Below, in pieces: positions 10,306-18,290 of a DNA stretch of 64,000 bases (positions are counted from its first letter, which is position 1; the number at the start of each line of letters is the position of its first letter). The position numbers and the translations under genes were made by a program. The notes beneath the pieces were generated by a model, which was not told where the DNA came from, ran no database searches, and was given only the letters and a program-made list of their open reading frames with translations. The stretch is from positions 80,327 to 144,326 of the forward strand of contig JBEPVF010000003.1 in NCBI GenBank assembly GCA_041691135.1, written 5' to 3'. This stretch comes from Candidatus Peribacteria bacterium. Lineage in GTDB: Bacteria; Patescibacteriota; Gracilibacteria; Peribacterales; Peribacteraceae.

Positions 10306-10728
10306 TTACTCAACCGTCACTCCCATGCTTCTGGCTGTTCCCATCACGGTTGCCATAGCTCCTTCCAGATCGTTGGCGTTCAAGTCCGGCATCTTGATCG
10401 TGGCAATTTCTTCCACCTGCTTCTTCGTGATCTTGCCGACTTTTTTCTTGTTCGGTTCGCCGCTGCCGCTCTCGATCTTGGCTGCTTCCTTGATCATGGC
10501 CGATACGGCCGGCTGCTTTACCTTAAAGGAGAAGCTGCGATCGTCGTAGACCGTAATCACGACCGGAAGCATCTTGCCCATGCGATCCTTGGTTTTGTCA
10601 TTAAACTGCGTGCAGAATCCACTGATATCCACGCCGGCCTGACCGAGCGCCGGTCCGAGAGGAGGAGCGGGATTCGCCTGGCCGCCACGGGCCATTACTT
10701 TGATGACTTTCTTGATCACTTTTGGCAT
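10306..10728 (-). CDS. rplK: 50S ribosomal protein L11
   Basis: [33 protein letters not shown]. Confidence 0.97.
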   Translation of the reverse strand: MPKVIKKVIKVMARGGQANPAPPLGPALGQAGVDISGFCTQFNDKTKDRMGKMLPVVITVYDDRSFSFKVKQPAVSAMIKEAAKIESGSGEPNKKKVGKITKKQVEEIATIKMPDLNANDLEGAMATVMGTARSMGVTVE

Positions 10729-10799
10729 AGCCGGGGCACTGTATAAGAGACAGTAGGCGTTGACAAGGGCGAATAAGGCCTTAAAGGCAGTTTTTAAGG

Positions 10800-10892
10800 A
10801 GAGGCCAGAAACCAGATACCAAATACCAGAAGCCGGGAATCCAGATCGTACGAGAATTGCTCATTGGACTTTGGTATCTGGTTTCTGGCCCT
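10800..10892. repeat. 7-bp-periodic degenerate inverted repeat
   Basis: aggccag-aaaccag-ataccaa-ataccag-aagccgg-gaatccag, then inverse ttggact-ttggtat-ctggttt-ctggcc. Confidence 0.8.
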
Positions 10893-11480
10893 TTACATTG
10901 ATAATGCTTCCATCAACCCCTGTACGTCCATTTCTTTTCCCGGAGCCACATGGAACTCGTACAGCCGATCCTGGACGCGCATCAGGATGATTTTTTCGTC
11001 GCTGATCTGTGGATCGAGGAAGCTGAGCACATCGCGTACCGGTTTACCTGGATCAGCCACCCGGTCGTCGTGCAGATCGCGCACGCCAGGCGAGAAGGAT
11101 TTGAGGAGAGCCGTGCGCATGGCATTGAAATACTCCTTCACATTGGCGGACTGCGTCCACGAAAAGAGAGCCACGCGATCGTTGTCCTTGAGCAGGACAT
11201 AGGTCTGTACCGTGGCAGGATCAGTGATGATGCGCGACAAAAGACTGCCATTACCCGTTCCGTCGCTGGTGGGAGTCAGGTGTTGTGATTGCAAAATCCC
11301 GGTCACATCAGGTCCGGTATGGATATCGACCCCTGATGACGCATCATTCCCGTTACTATGCGGTTGCAATGCCATCACCGCGCCGACATCGCTTGGCAGG
11401 AGTAGTGCATCGAGGGTGCCCAATGTTCCCAGTGCGCCGATGAACACAACAGTGACGAAAATCTTCCAGACGCGAGGCAT
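10893..11480 (-). CDS. Hypothetical membrane-anchored protein
   Basis: N-terminal TM (MPRVWKIFVTVVFIGALG). Start at 11480 is supported by TACACT 6 nt upstream. Confidence 0.7.
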   Translation of the reverse strand: MPRVWKIFVTVVFIGALGTLGTLDALLLPSDVGAVMALQPHSNGNDASSGVDIHTGPDVTGILQSQHLTPTSDGTGNGSLLSRIITDPATVQTYVLLKDNDRVALFSWTQSANVKEYFNAMRTALLKSFSPGVRDLHDDRVADPGKPVRDVLSFLDPQISDEKIILMRVQDRLYEFHVAPGKEMDVQGLMEALSM

Positions 11481-11566
11481 ACCCCGAGTGTAGCGGAACA
11501 GGAGTCGTGCTGGAATTTTCTTCATTCTTCTCTTGTCGTTCAGTCTCTCTGCTATCATTCCTTCCT

Positions 11567-12610
11567 ATGGTGATTCAGCGGATACAGACGGAGCCGGTGA
11601 CGCAGCCTGAAAAGACGAGTGCGGATACGAATGTGTTTGAACAATCGTTGCGGCCGCGGATGCTGAGCGAGTACATCGGGCAGGGGAGGATCAAAGGCCA
11701 TTTGTTGCTGCACATTCAGGCGGCCAAAGCGCGTAAGGAGCCGCTGGGACATATTCTGCTCAATGGTCCGCCAGGGCTGGGCAAGACGACGCTGGCGCAC
11801 ATCATGGCGCGTGAGATGGAATCGCAGATCCGGATTACCAGCGGGCCGGTGCTCGAAAAACCGGGTGATCTGGCATCCATCCTCACTAATCTGCAGGCCG
11901 GCGATGTGTTATTCATCGACGAAATTCACCGTCTGCGGCCGGTGGTGGAAGAGATGCTGTACTCCGCGATGGAAGATTGTGCGTTGGATCTGGTGATCGG
12001 CAAAGGGCCGACTGCACGATCGATGCGGCTCACGCTTCAGCCGTTCACACTCATCGGTGCCACCACCAAAGCCGGAGCCATCAGCGCGCCGTTGCGTGAT
12101 CGCTTTCTGCATCAGTATAAGTTGTCGTTCTACGATTTAAATGAGATGGAATTGATCGTCGAACGGAGCGCCGCCATTCTCTCGATCTCGTTTGAAGAAA
12201 AAGCGGCCCGGCGCATTGCCCAGAGCAGCCGCTCAACGCCGCGCATCGCCAACCGTTTGATCCGCGCCGTGCGCGATTTTGCACAGGTGGCCGGAAAGTC
12301 GCTCGTCGATCGTGCATCGGTCGAGACGACACTCGACGCGCTTGAAATCGATGCCGAAGGGTTGGATGCCACAGACCGCGCACTGCTCCTTTCGATTGTC
12401 GACAGCTTCGGTGGCGGACCGGTAGGTCTCTCGACACTTGCTGCGGTACTTGCCGAGGAAGAGCAGACGATTGAAGACGTGTATGAGCCGTACTTGATGC
12501 AGCAGGGGTATCTGCAGCGCACGCCGAAGGGTCGCATTGCGACGAGGAAAACATTTGAAAAACTGGGCAGAAAGTTGCCGGAGGGAGCGCAGGCGAGCCT
12601 GTTTGTGTGA
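11567..12610 (+). CDS. ruvB: Holliday junction branch migration helicase RuvB
   Basis: SLRPRMLSEYIGQ, GPPGLGKTTLA, LFIDEIHRL, IGATT, TPRIANRL, YEPYL, RTPKGR. Confidence 0.97.
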   Translation: MVIQRIQTEPVTQPEKTSADTNVFEQSLRPRMLSEYIGQGRIKGHLLLHIQAAKARKEPLGHILLNGPPGLGKTTLAHIMAREMESQIRITSGPVLEKPGDLASILTNLQAGDVLFIDEIHRLRPVVEEMLYSAMEDCALDLVIGKGPTARSMRLTLQPFTLIGATTKAGAISAPLRDRFLHQYKLSFYDLNEMELIVERSAAILSISFEEKAARRIAQSSRSTPRIANRLIRAVRDFAQVAGKSLVDRASVETTLDALEIDAEGLDATDRALLLSIVDSFGGGPVGLSTLAAVLAEEEQTIEDVYEPYLMQQGYLQRTPKGRIATRKTFEKLGRKLPEGAQASLFV

Positions 12611-12645
12611 AGAAGAAACCGACGGAACCGAAGAAGTCGAGGATT

Positions 12646-13752
12646 TTATTTCATCGTGTTCTTCACTTCTTGCTTTATTGCCTCCTCGAATTTCTTACGA
12701 GAGAACTCTTTGGCGTGAGCGTGCAAAGTTGCGGGATCGAAGAGGGATCGATCGAAAGTGTAGATGGCATGTGCCAGTGACTCGGCGGTCGGCTCGTCGA
12801 AGAAGATACCGGTTTTCGGTATCACGGTTTCCTTAGCGCCGCCGCGGCCGTAGGCGATCACCGGTGTGCCGCAGGCCATGGATTCGAGCGGTACCAAGCC
12901 AAAATCTTCTTCGCCGGGAAACAGGGTTGCCGTGGCGTTGGCGTAGAGGTTCCTCAGCTCTTCATGTGATCGGTAGCCAAGGAATTCGATCGTCGGTCCG
13001 GCGAGACGCTTGAGCGCGGGTAACGCCGGGCCTTCGCCGACGATTTTCAGTGGCAGCTTCAGTTGGTTACATGCAGCGATGGCCAGATCGATGCGTTTGT
13101 AATCGGCGAGCGTTGAGACGATGAGAAAATATAATGCAGGCTTCTGGTCTCTCGCTTCTGGCTTTTGCTCCAGCCATGCATCATCGATAGGCGGGTGCAC
13201 CACCGTGGATTCGCGTCGCCAGTACAGCTCGATGCGCCGTTGTACTTCCTTTGATGGAGCAAGTAATGCGTCCGGTCGATCAGCCGCTTCGCTGTCCCAG
13301 ATACGGAGGCGATGGAACGTTCGAGAGAGATACCAGCGTTTGAGCCGGCCGAAGAGGCCGTGACCTGCGCGTTCCTGTACATCGTGCGTGCGGTCCCACA
13401 GATAGCGGGCAGGGGATTGGACATAGCACAGGTGCTTGGGTTGTCCGTTGGTGATGATGCCGTGAGTGAAGGCCGATGACGACGAGATCACCAGCTCAAA
13501 GTCAGAAAAATCCCACGCTTCCACAGCGGCAGGAAAATGCTTCAGATATAGATGATGGTTGGTTGAGAGCCAGGCCCATTTCTGCAGTTTGCTGGTTACG
13601 ACTCGATCCTTGGGAAACCACTCGCCCAGCTTTTGCTCGTCGTACAGCAGCGTGTAAATCGGTGCGTCGGGGTACATGTCGGCGAGCACGCGTAGAACTC
13701 GCTCGGCACCGCCGCGCATGGTCAAGAGTTCGTGGACGAGGGCTACTTTCAT
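12646..13752 (-). CDS. Glycosyltransferase family 4 (GT-B)
   Basis: MKVALVHE...GGAERVL; EEDFGLVPLESMACGTPVIAYGRGG. Confidence 0.92.
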   Translation of the reverse strand: MKVALVHELLTMRGGAERVLRVLADMYPDAPIYTLLYDEQKLGEWFPKDRVVTSKLQKWAWLSTNHHLYLKHFPAAVEAWDFSDFELVISSSSAFTHGIITNGQPKHLCYVQSPARYLWDRTHDVQERAGHGLFGRLKRWYLSRTFHRLRIWDSEAADRPDALLAPSKEVQRRIELYWRRESTVVHPPIDDAWLEQKPEARDQKPALYFLIVSTLADYKRIDLAIAACNQLKLPLKIVGEGPALPALKRLAGPTIEFLGYRSHEELRNLYANATATLFPGEEDFGLVPLESMACGTPVIAYGRGGAKETVIPKTGIFFDEPTAESLAHAIYTFDRSLFDPATLHAHAKEFSRKKFEEAIKQEVKNTMK

Positions 13753-13910
13753 TGCAGATATACTATCGATCAACGTCTGATATTCCTATGACGTTCCTTT
13801 ACACAGCTTTCTGCGCAAAACAGACATTGCTCACATTGCTCGCTCCCATTCTTATATAACCGATATATTGTCCAACTTGAGCAAAAAAAGCCCCACTGGA
13901 GAGGCAAAGG

Positions 13911-13985
13911 TGGTGGGTCAGGTGGGATTTGAACCCACGGCCAATGCCTTAAAAGGGCACTGCTCTACCGCTGAGCTACTGACCC
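13911..13985 (-). tRNA. tRNA-Lys(TTT)
   Basis: GGGTCAGTAGCTCAGCGGTAGAGCAGTGCC-CT-TTT-AA-GGCATTGGCCGTGGGTTCAAATCCCACCTGACCCACCA cloverleaf with encoded CCA. Confidence 0.96.
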
Positions 13986-14053
13986 ATGTACATGGAGCCA
14001 GCAAACTATAAAGCATCGCGCCTTGAATACAACCTTCTGTATCCTCTATTTAT

Positions 14054-14818
14054 ATGATCGATTCCCATTGTCATTTAGCCGATGCAAAATTTGAGTCGGA
14101 TTTGTTGCAGGTACTGGAACGTGCCAAGGACCGAGGCGTAACGCAGATGATCACCATCGCCGATTCCGTGGCGGAATCTGAAAAGTGTGTGGACCTGGCG
14201 CGGCGTTACAAACAACTGTTCTGCGCTGTCGGCGTGCATCCGCACCATGCCTCGCAGTGGAATGATGACGCTGAGCGGCGACTGCTAGCGCTGACGACCT
14301 ATTCCGATCGGGTGAAGGCGGTGGGGGAGATTGGGCTCGATTATCACTATGATTTTTCGCCGCGTGATGTGCAGCGCGATGCCTTTATCGCGCAGCTCAA
14401 ATTTGCCGGCTGCGAAGGATTTCCTGTCGTCGTGCATTGCCGCGAAGCAATTGAAGATGTGCGACAGATTGTCGAGCAGATCAAACCCGAAAAATTAGTC
14501 CTGCACTGCTGCAGCGAGACATTTGCCGATGTCGTCCCGTTACTTGAGCGCGGTTATTTTCTGTCTTTCACCGGCATTGCCACGTTCCCAAAATCTCAGG
14601 ATATCCGCGAGACCATCCGGCGTACGCCCATTGAACAGATCATGGTCGAGACCGATGCGCCGTACTTGGCACCTGTTCCATACCGAGGTAAAAGAAATGA
14701 GCCGGCGTACGTAGTGGAAGTGGCCCAGTGTATTGCTGATATCAAGGGTTTGTCCTTGGAAGAAGTGGATGCCATCACCACCAAAAATGCGGTAGAGTTC
14801 TTCCAATTGCGCTCGTAG
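14054..14818 (+). CDS. tatD: TatD family hydrolase
   Basis: MIDSHCHL, GVHPH, VGEIGLDY, VHCREA, LHC, ETDAPYLAP, RNEPAYV. Confidence 0.93.
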   Translation: MIDSHCHLADAKFESDLLQVLERAKDRGVTQMITIADSVAESEKCVDLARRYKQLFCAVGVHPHHASQWNDDAERRLLALTTYSDRVKAVGEIGLDYHYDFSPRDVQRDAFIAQLKFAGCEGFPVVVHCREAIEDVRQIVEQIKPEKLVLHCCSETFADVVPLLERGYFLSFTGIATFPKSQDIRETIRRTPIEQIMVETDAPYLAPVPYRGKRNEPAYVVEVAQCIADIKGLSLEEVDAITTKNAVEFFQLRS

Positions 14819-14885
14819 CTCAACTGGATAGAGCGTCGGCCTCCGAAGCCGAAGGTTGTGGGTTCAATTCCCGCCGAGCGCACCA
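14809..14885 (+). tRNA. tRNA-Arg(CCG)
   Basis: GCGCTCGTAGCTCAACTGGATAGAGCGTCGGC-CT-CCG-AA-GCCGAAGGTTGTGGGTTCAATTCCCGCCGAGCGCACCA; the first 10 nt overlap the tatD 3' end. Confidence 0.95.
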
Positions 14886-15053
14886 TTCGGCTTCGCGACG
14901 AGGGAGCGACGATCTTGGGGTTGCCTAGGAATGCGTCTGGCCGGCGATCTCGCTACGCCGCAATGGTGTTCGGCTCACCGGTTTACTAGTTCTAAAACTT
15001 CAAATAACCCTTCTGATCTATGCCGCGTAGCCGTATACGATGAAGGAGAAGCG
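14883..15053. repeat. tRNA-adjacent palindromic element pair (TTC/TAC family)
   Basis: CGGC-TTC-GCGA...TCGC-TAC-GCCG (14888-14960) and inverted partner GCCGC-GTAG-CC...GG-AGAA-GCGG (15022-15053). Confidence 0.7.
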
Positions 15054-15080
15054 GAGTGATTCGAATGCTCCGCTTCTCCT
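15044..15080. terminator. Strong hairpin, probable terminator
   Basis: aggagaagcggag-tgattcgaatg-ctccgcttctcct, downstream of both the tRNA-Arg and the converging small membrane-protein gene. Confidence 0.65.
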
Positions 15081-15110
15081 GAATGTTGTCGATAGCTTTT
15101 AATTACTAAG

Positions 15111-15356
15111 TTAGGCTGTTCGTCGGAAGGCGTTGACGATGAACAGCAGTACCACTGCTCCCACTACTGCCGTGATGAGCGAGCCGATCAGTCCATAGGT
15201 GGTGACACCAAACAGACCGAAGATGTATCCGCCGATCACAGCGCCGATGACGCCGACGACCAGGTTGCCGACGAGGCCGAAGCCATTGCCGCGCATCAAT
15301 TCGCCGGCGATCCAGCCGGCTGCAATACCGATGATAAGAAACCAAAGGAGACTCAT
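15111..15356 (-). CDS. GlsB/YeaQ/YmgE family stress-response membrane protein
   Basis: 81 aa; LIIGIAAGWIAG...GNLVVGVIGAVIGG...AVVGAVVLLFI. Confidence 0.9.
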   Translation of the reverse strand: MSLLWFLIIGIAAGWIAGELMRGNGFGLVGNLVVGVIGAVIGGYIFGLFGVTTYGLIGSLITAVVGAVVLLFIVNAFRRTA

Positions 15357-15540
15357 GGAATAAGGGGGAAGAAATCTGATAACACACCCTATGACGCTGC
15401 TATGGGCAGGGGATTACCGAATTGCATTTGACATTTCCTTTTGATGAATGTGCAGGTTATTTCGTCCCTAAACGGTAATAACGGCAAATACAGCAGGACT
15501 TGCATCAGATATCAATCCTCCGTAGCATCCTCTGGCTCTT

Positions 15541-15616
15541 GCGGATGTAGCTCAGTTGGTAGAGCGGCGCCTTGCCAAGGCGCAGGTCGCGGGTTCGAGC
15601 CCCGTCATCCGCTCCA
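15541..15616 (+). tRNA. tRNA-Gly(GCC)
   Basis: GCGGATGTAGCTCAGTTGGTAGAGCGGCGCC-TT-GCC-AA-GGCGCAGGTCGCGGGTTCGAGCCCCGTCATCCGCTCCA. Confidence 0.97.
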
Positions 15617-15789
15617 TCCGGCTTCGCGGAATTCCTCAGAATGTCTTCTAGTTTGTTGAGAAGCTTCTGATCGTCGATCCCGCTTCGCCCAGATGTCGCT
15701 AGTGGAGTTGTCGCGGCGTAGCGGTATCGCCCGCCATGACTCCCTTCTTATTAGCTACAGCATCAATATTATAATACCGCGAAGTCGGA
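15617..15789. repeat. tRNA-adjacent palindromic element pair (TTC/TAC family)
   Basis: Outer IR tccggcttcgcgg / ccgcgaagtcgga; inner unit gcggcGTAGcggtat...ataccgcGAAgtcg; 19 bp identical to 49620-49638. Confidence 0.8.
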
Positions 15790-15796
15790 CAACTAC

Positions 15797-15870
15797 GCGG
15801 GATTAGTACAGTGGTAGTACGCGAGCTTCCCAAGCTTGAGACACGGGTTCGATTCCCGTATCCCGCTCCA
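15797..15870 (+). tRNA. tRNA-Gly(CCC)
   Basis: GCGGGATTAGTACAGTGGTAGTACGCGAGC-TT-CCC-AA-GCTTGAGACACGGGTTCGATTCCCGTATCCCGCTCCA. Confidence 0.95.
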
Positions 15871-15971
15871 CCCGGCTTCGCCTGCGGGCTACGCCGAGGT
15901 TTCGCAAACTCACGAGAATATAAAAGGCTGGGTGCCTCGGCATAGTCGAGCCGCAGCGAGACGAAGCCGGG
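15871..15971. repeat. Inverted pair of TTC/TAC palindromes (REP-doublet-like)
   Basis: cccggcTTCgcctgcgggcTACgccgagg ... cctcggcATAgtc(gagccgcagcga)gacGAAgccggg. Confidence 0.85.
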
Positions 15972-15995
15972 CCTTTTAAGTTAGACTACCCTGCT

Positions 15996-16253
15996 ATGCA
16001 TTTTGTCTACGTTCTTGAATCGGAAAACAGGCAACATTGGTATTGTGGTATCACAAACAATATTAAACGAAGGCTAGTTGAACACAATGCAGGTAAAAGT
16101 ATTCATACGAATAAATTCAAACCATGGACGTTGCGACTCTGTGTGATTTTTAAAGATCGTAAACGCGCGGAAAAATTTGAAGATTATTTGAAATCGCATT
16201 CGGGAAGGGCCTTCCTGAAGAAGCATCTGCATGAAAGGAGTGAGAATGTTTGA
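15996..16253 (+). CDS. Stand-alone GIY-YIG nuclease family protein
   Basis: 85 aa; FVYVLES...WYCGIT...RRLVEHNAG...T.KFKPW.L...A.KFE.YLKSHSGR. Confidence 0.92.
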   Translation: MHFVYVLESENRQHWYCGITNNIKRRLVEHNAGKSIHTNKFKPWTLRLCVIFKDRKRAEKFEDYLKSHSGRAFLKKHLHERSENV

Positions 16254-16541
16254 GTAGCTGTTACTACCTTCCAGTAGCTCGCTCCAGACAATTTATGGCA
16301 GCAAATAGTTCTGTTCAGCTAACGGAGATTTTTCTTGTTTCGAGGTTGTCTGGAGAATTTTTTAATTGGGAGGAGGACCTCCCAACCCCTCCCTGGGGCT
16401 GAGTCTTGGTCCGAATAAGTTCCCATATCCCGCTCCAACTCTAAACATTTTCTCATCAAGAATTTTGACTAGTTTTTGCCAAACTCCTCTTACAAGTTTG
16501 CACCCATGTACAAGGCAAATACGAATATGTACTCTATTTCT

Positions 16542-17267
16542 ATGAGAAAAATAACCTTCGGTGCCTTAGTTATTTCCGCAATCATCGTGGCCGCATGTCA
16601 GAGTAGCCCGACTTCCGATACGGGAATTGCTTCCAGCTCTCAGGTCAGTTCATTTTCTAATGGATCGTCAAATAGTTCATCAGTACATGCCGCTTCTTGG
16701 AAAACATACACCAATTCTCTGCTGGGTTTCTCTATCCGATACCCAGAGAGTATTTACGTATCTCCCACTGATTGCTCCGACCCATCTGCCACTATGGCGC
16801 TACTCGTTGTGAGTGATGATCCACAGAGGGATCAGATCTATATTGCTCCGGATTACACAATTTCTGGCTCTGATTGTAAGAAACAACAGGTAACAATCAA
16901 TGACCTTAACGGATCGCAAAAAAAACCGATTGCTCTTCCTTTCTGGCGACTTCGCGTGGTGCGCATCGCCGATGAGGCAGCTCTACGCTACTTCATCGGT
17001 AAAGAATTTGGTTCAAGTTGCACAATTGGTAAAAAAACACCAAGTCAGCAAGCTGGCGTGTTTGATGTGGAGATCAAAGGAGACGGTAAACCCTTGAGTG
17101 AAACGAAGTGTCCAGTCATGGTAAAAGAGGTGCTTAAATACTATCCTGCGACGCAGTCATTAGCTTTTTGGAGCATGGGTGAAGAGCCCACCTTCATAGG
17201 AGACGCGCAGGGCACAATTATTTATGACTTCGATATGGAAAAATCTTTTCAGTTTATTCAGAAATAG
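16542..17267 (+). CDS. Hypothetical lipoprotein (WKTY.N...GFSI.YP domain common in CPR)
   Basis: Lipobox IVAAC, Ser-rich linker, SWKTYTNSLLGFSIRYP motif; AT-richer than the core genes. Confidence 0.75.
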   Translation: MRKITFGALVISAIIVAACQSSPTSDTGIASSSQVSSFSNGSSNSSSVHAASWKTYTNSLLGFSIRYPESIYVSPTDCSDPSATMALLVVSDDPQRDQIYIAPDYTISGSDCKKQQVTINDLNGSQKKPIALPFWRLRVVRIADEAALRYFIGKEFGSSCTIGKKTPSQQAGVFDVEIKGDGKPLSETKCPVMVKEVLKYYPATQSLAFWSMGEEPTFIGDAQGTIIYDFDMEKSFQFIQK

Positions 17268-17346
17268 ATTACCCCTAATGGGAATGTTCGAACTGGTACC
17301 TGATACGTTCTTCTATCCCGTTTTATCCAATTTATTCCTTGTTCAT

Positions 17347-17763
17347 ATGGCGTTTGACGAATTCATAGGAGGGCAAATCCTGATTTCTGCAGTAACAACA
17401 GAAGAGAAAGCAGAAAGACGGGATACCGGATGGGCACTGGATGAAACATATTGGGAAGACCTTGGACGGCAGTATGGCAATGAGGCGCTTACTGTCATCC
17501 GTGATGCCCGCCATAAACTTGAGCCACAGTTTGGTGCGGCCATGTTCAGCGGAGAATTTGAAGTAATTGTGGAGCCCACAGGCATGGTTGGACTTCAAAT
17601 GGCGGATGCAGCGTCACCTCATCGTTCTCCAATTACCATGCATTATGGTCATCTCAACGCCAGTCAGCCTGAATTTTGCCAACGCTTTATAAGTCGGGTT
17701 CAGAATGATTTTGCCAAACGAGTCATCGCTGCATCCCAAGATCAGTATGAAAAGCACAAATGA
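17347..17763 (+). CDS. Hypothetical protein
   Basis: Open frame 17224-17763; start placed tentatively at ATG 17347; no recognisable motif. Confidence 0.5.
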   Translation: MAFDEFIGGQILISAVTTEEKAERRDTGWALDETYWEDLGRQYGNEALTVIRDARHKLEPQFGAAMFSGEFEVIVEPTGMVGLQMADAASPHRSPITMHYGHLNASQPEFCQRFISRVQNDFAKRVIAASQDQYEKHK

Positions 17764-17898
17764 TTCTTGGCTAAGGATACGGGGTCTGCGGCTCGTCGCG
17801 TGTTTTGTAGGTTTAAATCGCCTATAACTACCAAATAACAGCACGCGTGCCCGTATTGAATACTGGCAAGAAAACCCGTTTTCTGCTATAATAATTTG

Positions 17899-18288
17899 AT
17901 GCTTCGACGTTTTCTCCTTCGGCTGAGTCTGGGCTTCGGATGTGCCTTGGTGCCCTCTGCTGTGTTCGCGCAATTCGCCGGTGTGGATGATATTTGTCTG
18001 CTCGAACCGATTGGCGGGACGCGCTGCTTTAGTTCCGTGATGCTGAAAGGTCCGTTCGGTCTGTTCGGAGCGTATTTCAATTTGATCTACCCGTGGTTCA
18101 TGGGTGTCGCAGCCGGATTGGCACTTTTGATGGTTCTGACCGGCGGTGTGAATATTATCCAGAGTGGCGGTGATCAGTCGGCTCGCCAAAACGGAATCGA
18201 GCGCATGAAGTGGGCCATCTTTGGTCTGTTATTCCTGATTTTTGCCAACGTGATTCTCCAGACTCTCAATCCCTCTTTCTACAAATAA
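17899..18288 (+). CDS. VirB2/TrbC-like pilin
   Basis: Signal peptide (AVFA-Q), Cys pair, TM-GG...G..RMKWAIFGLLFL...ILQTLNP. Confidence 0.8.
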   Translation: MLRRFLLRLSLGFGCALVPSAVFAQFAGVDDICLLEPIGGTRCFSSVMLKGPFGLFGAYFNLIYPWFMGVAAGLALLMVLTGGVNIIQSGGDQSARQNGIERMKWAIFGLLFLIFANVILQTLNPSFYK

Positions 18289-18290
18289 GA

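Larger units (their letters stand above)
15853..16437 (+). mobile_element. Mini-island at tRNA-Gly(CCC): palindrome pair plus GIY-YIG gene, bounded by an 18-bp tRNA 3'-end duplication
   Basis: ttcccGtatcccgctcca (15853-15870) versus ttcccAtatcccgctcca (16420-16437), 17/18 identical. Confidence 0.7.

Noticed and set aside
17287-17315. Short ggtacctgatacgttctt motif resembling transposase-associated end repeats
   Set aside because: Single degenerate copy with no partner or transposase in the window.
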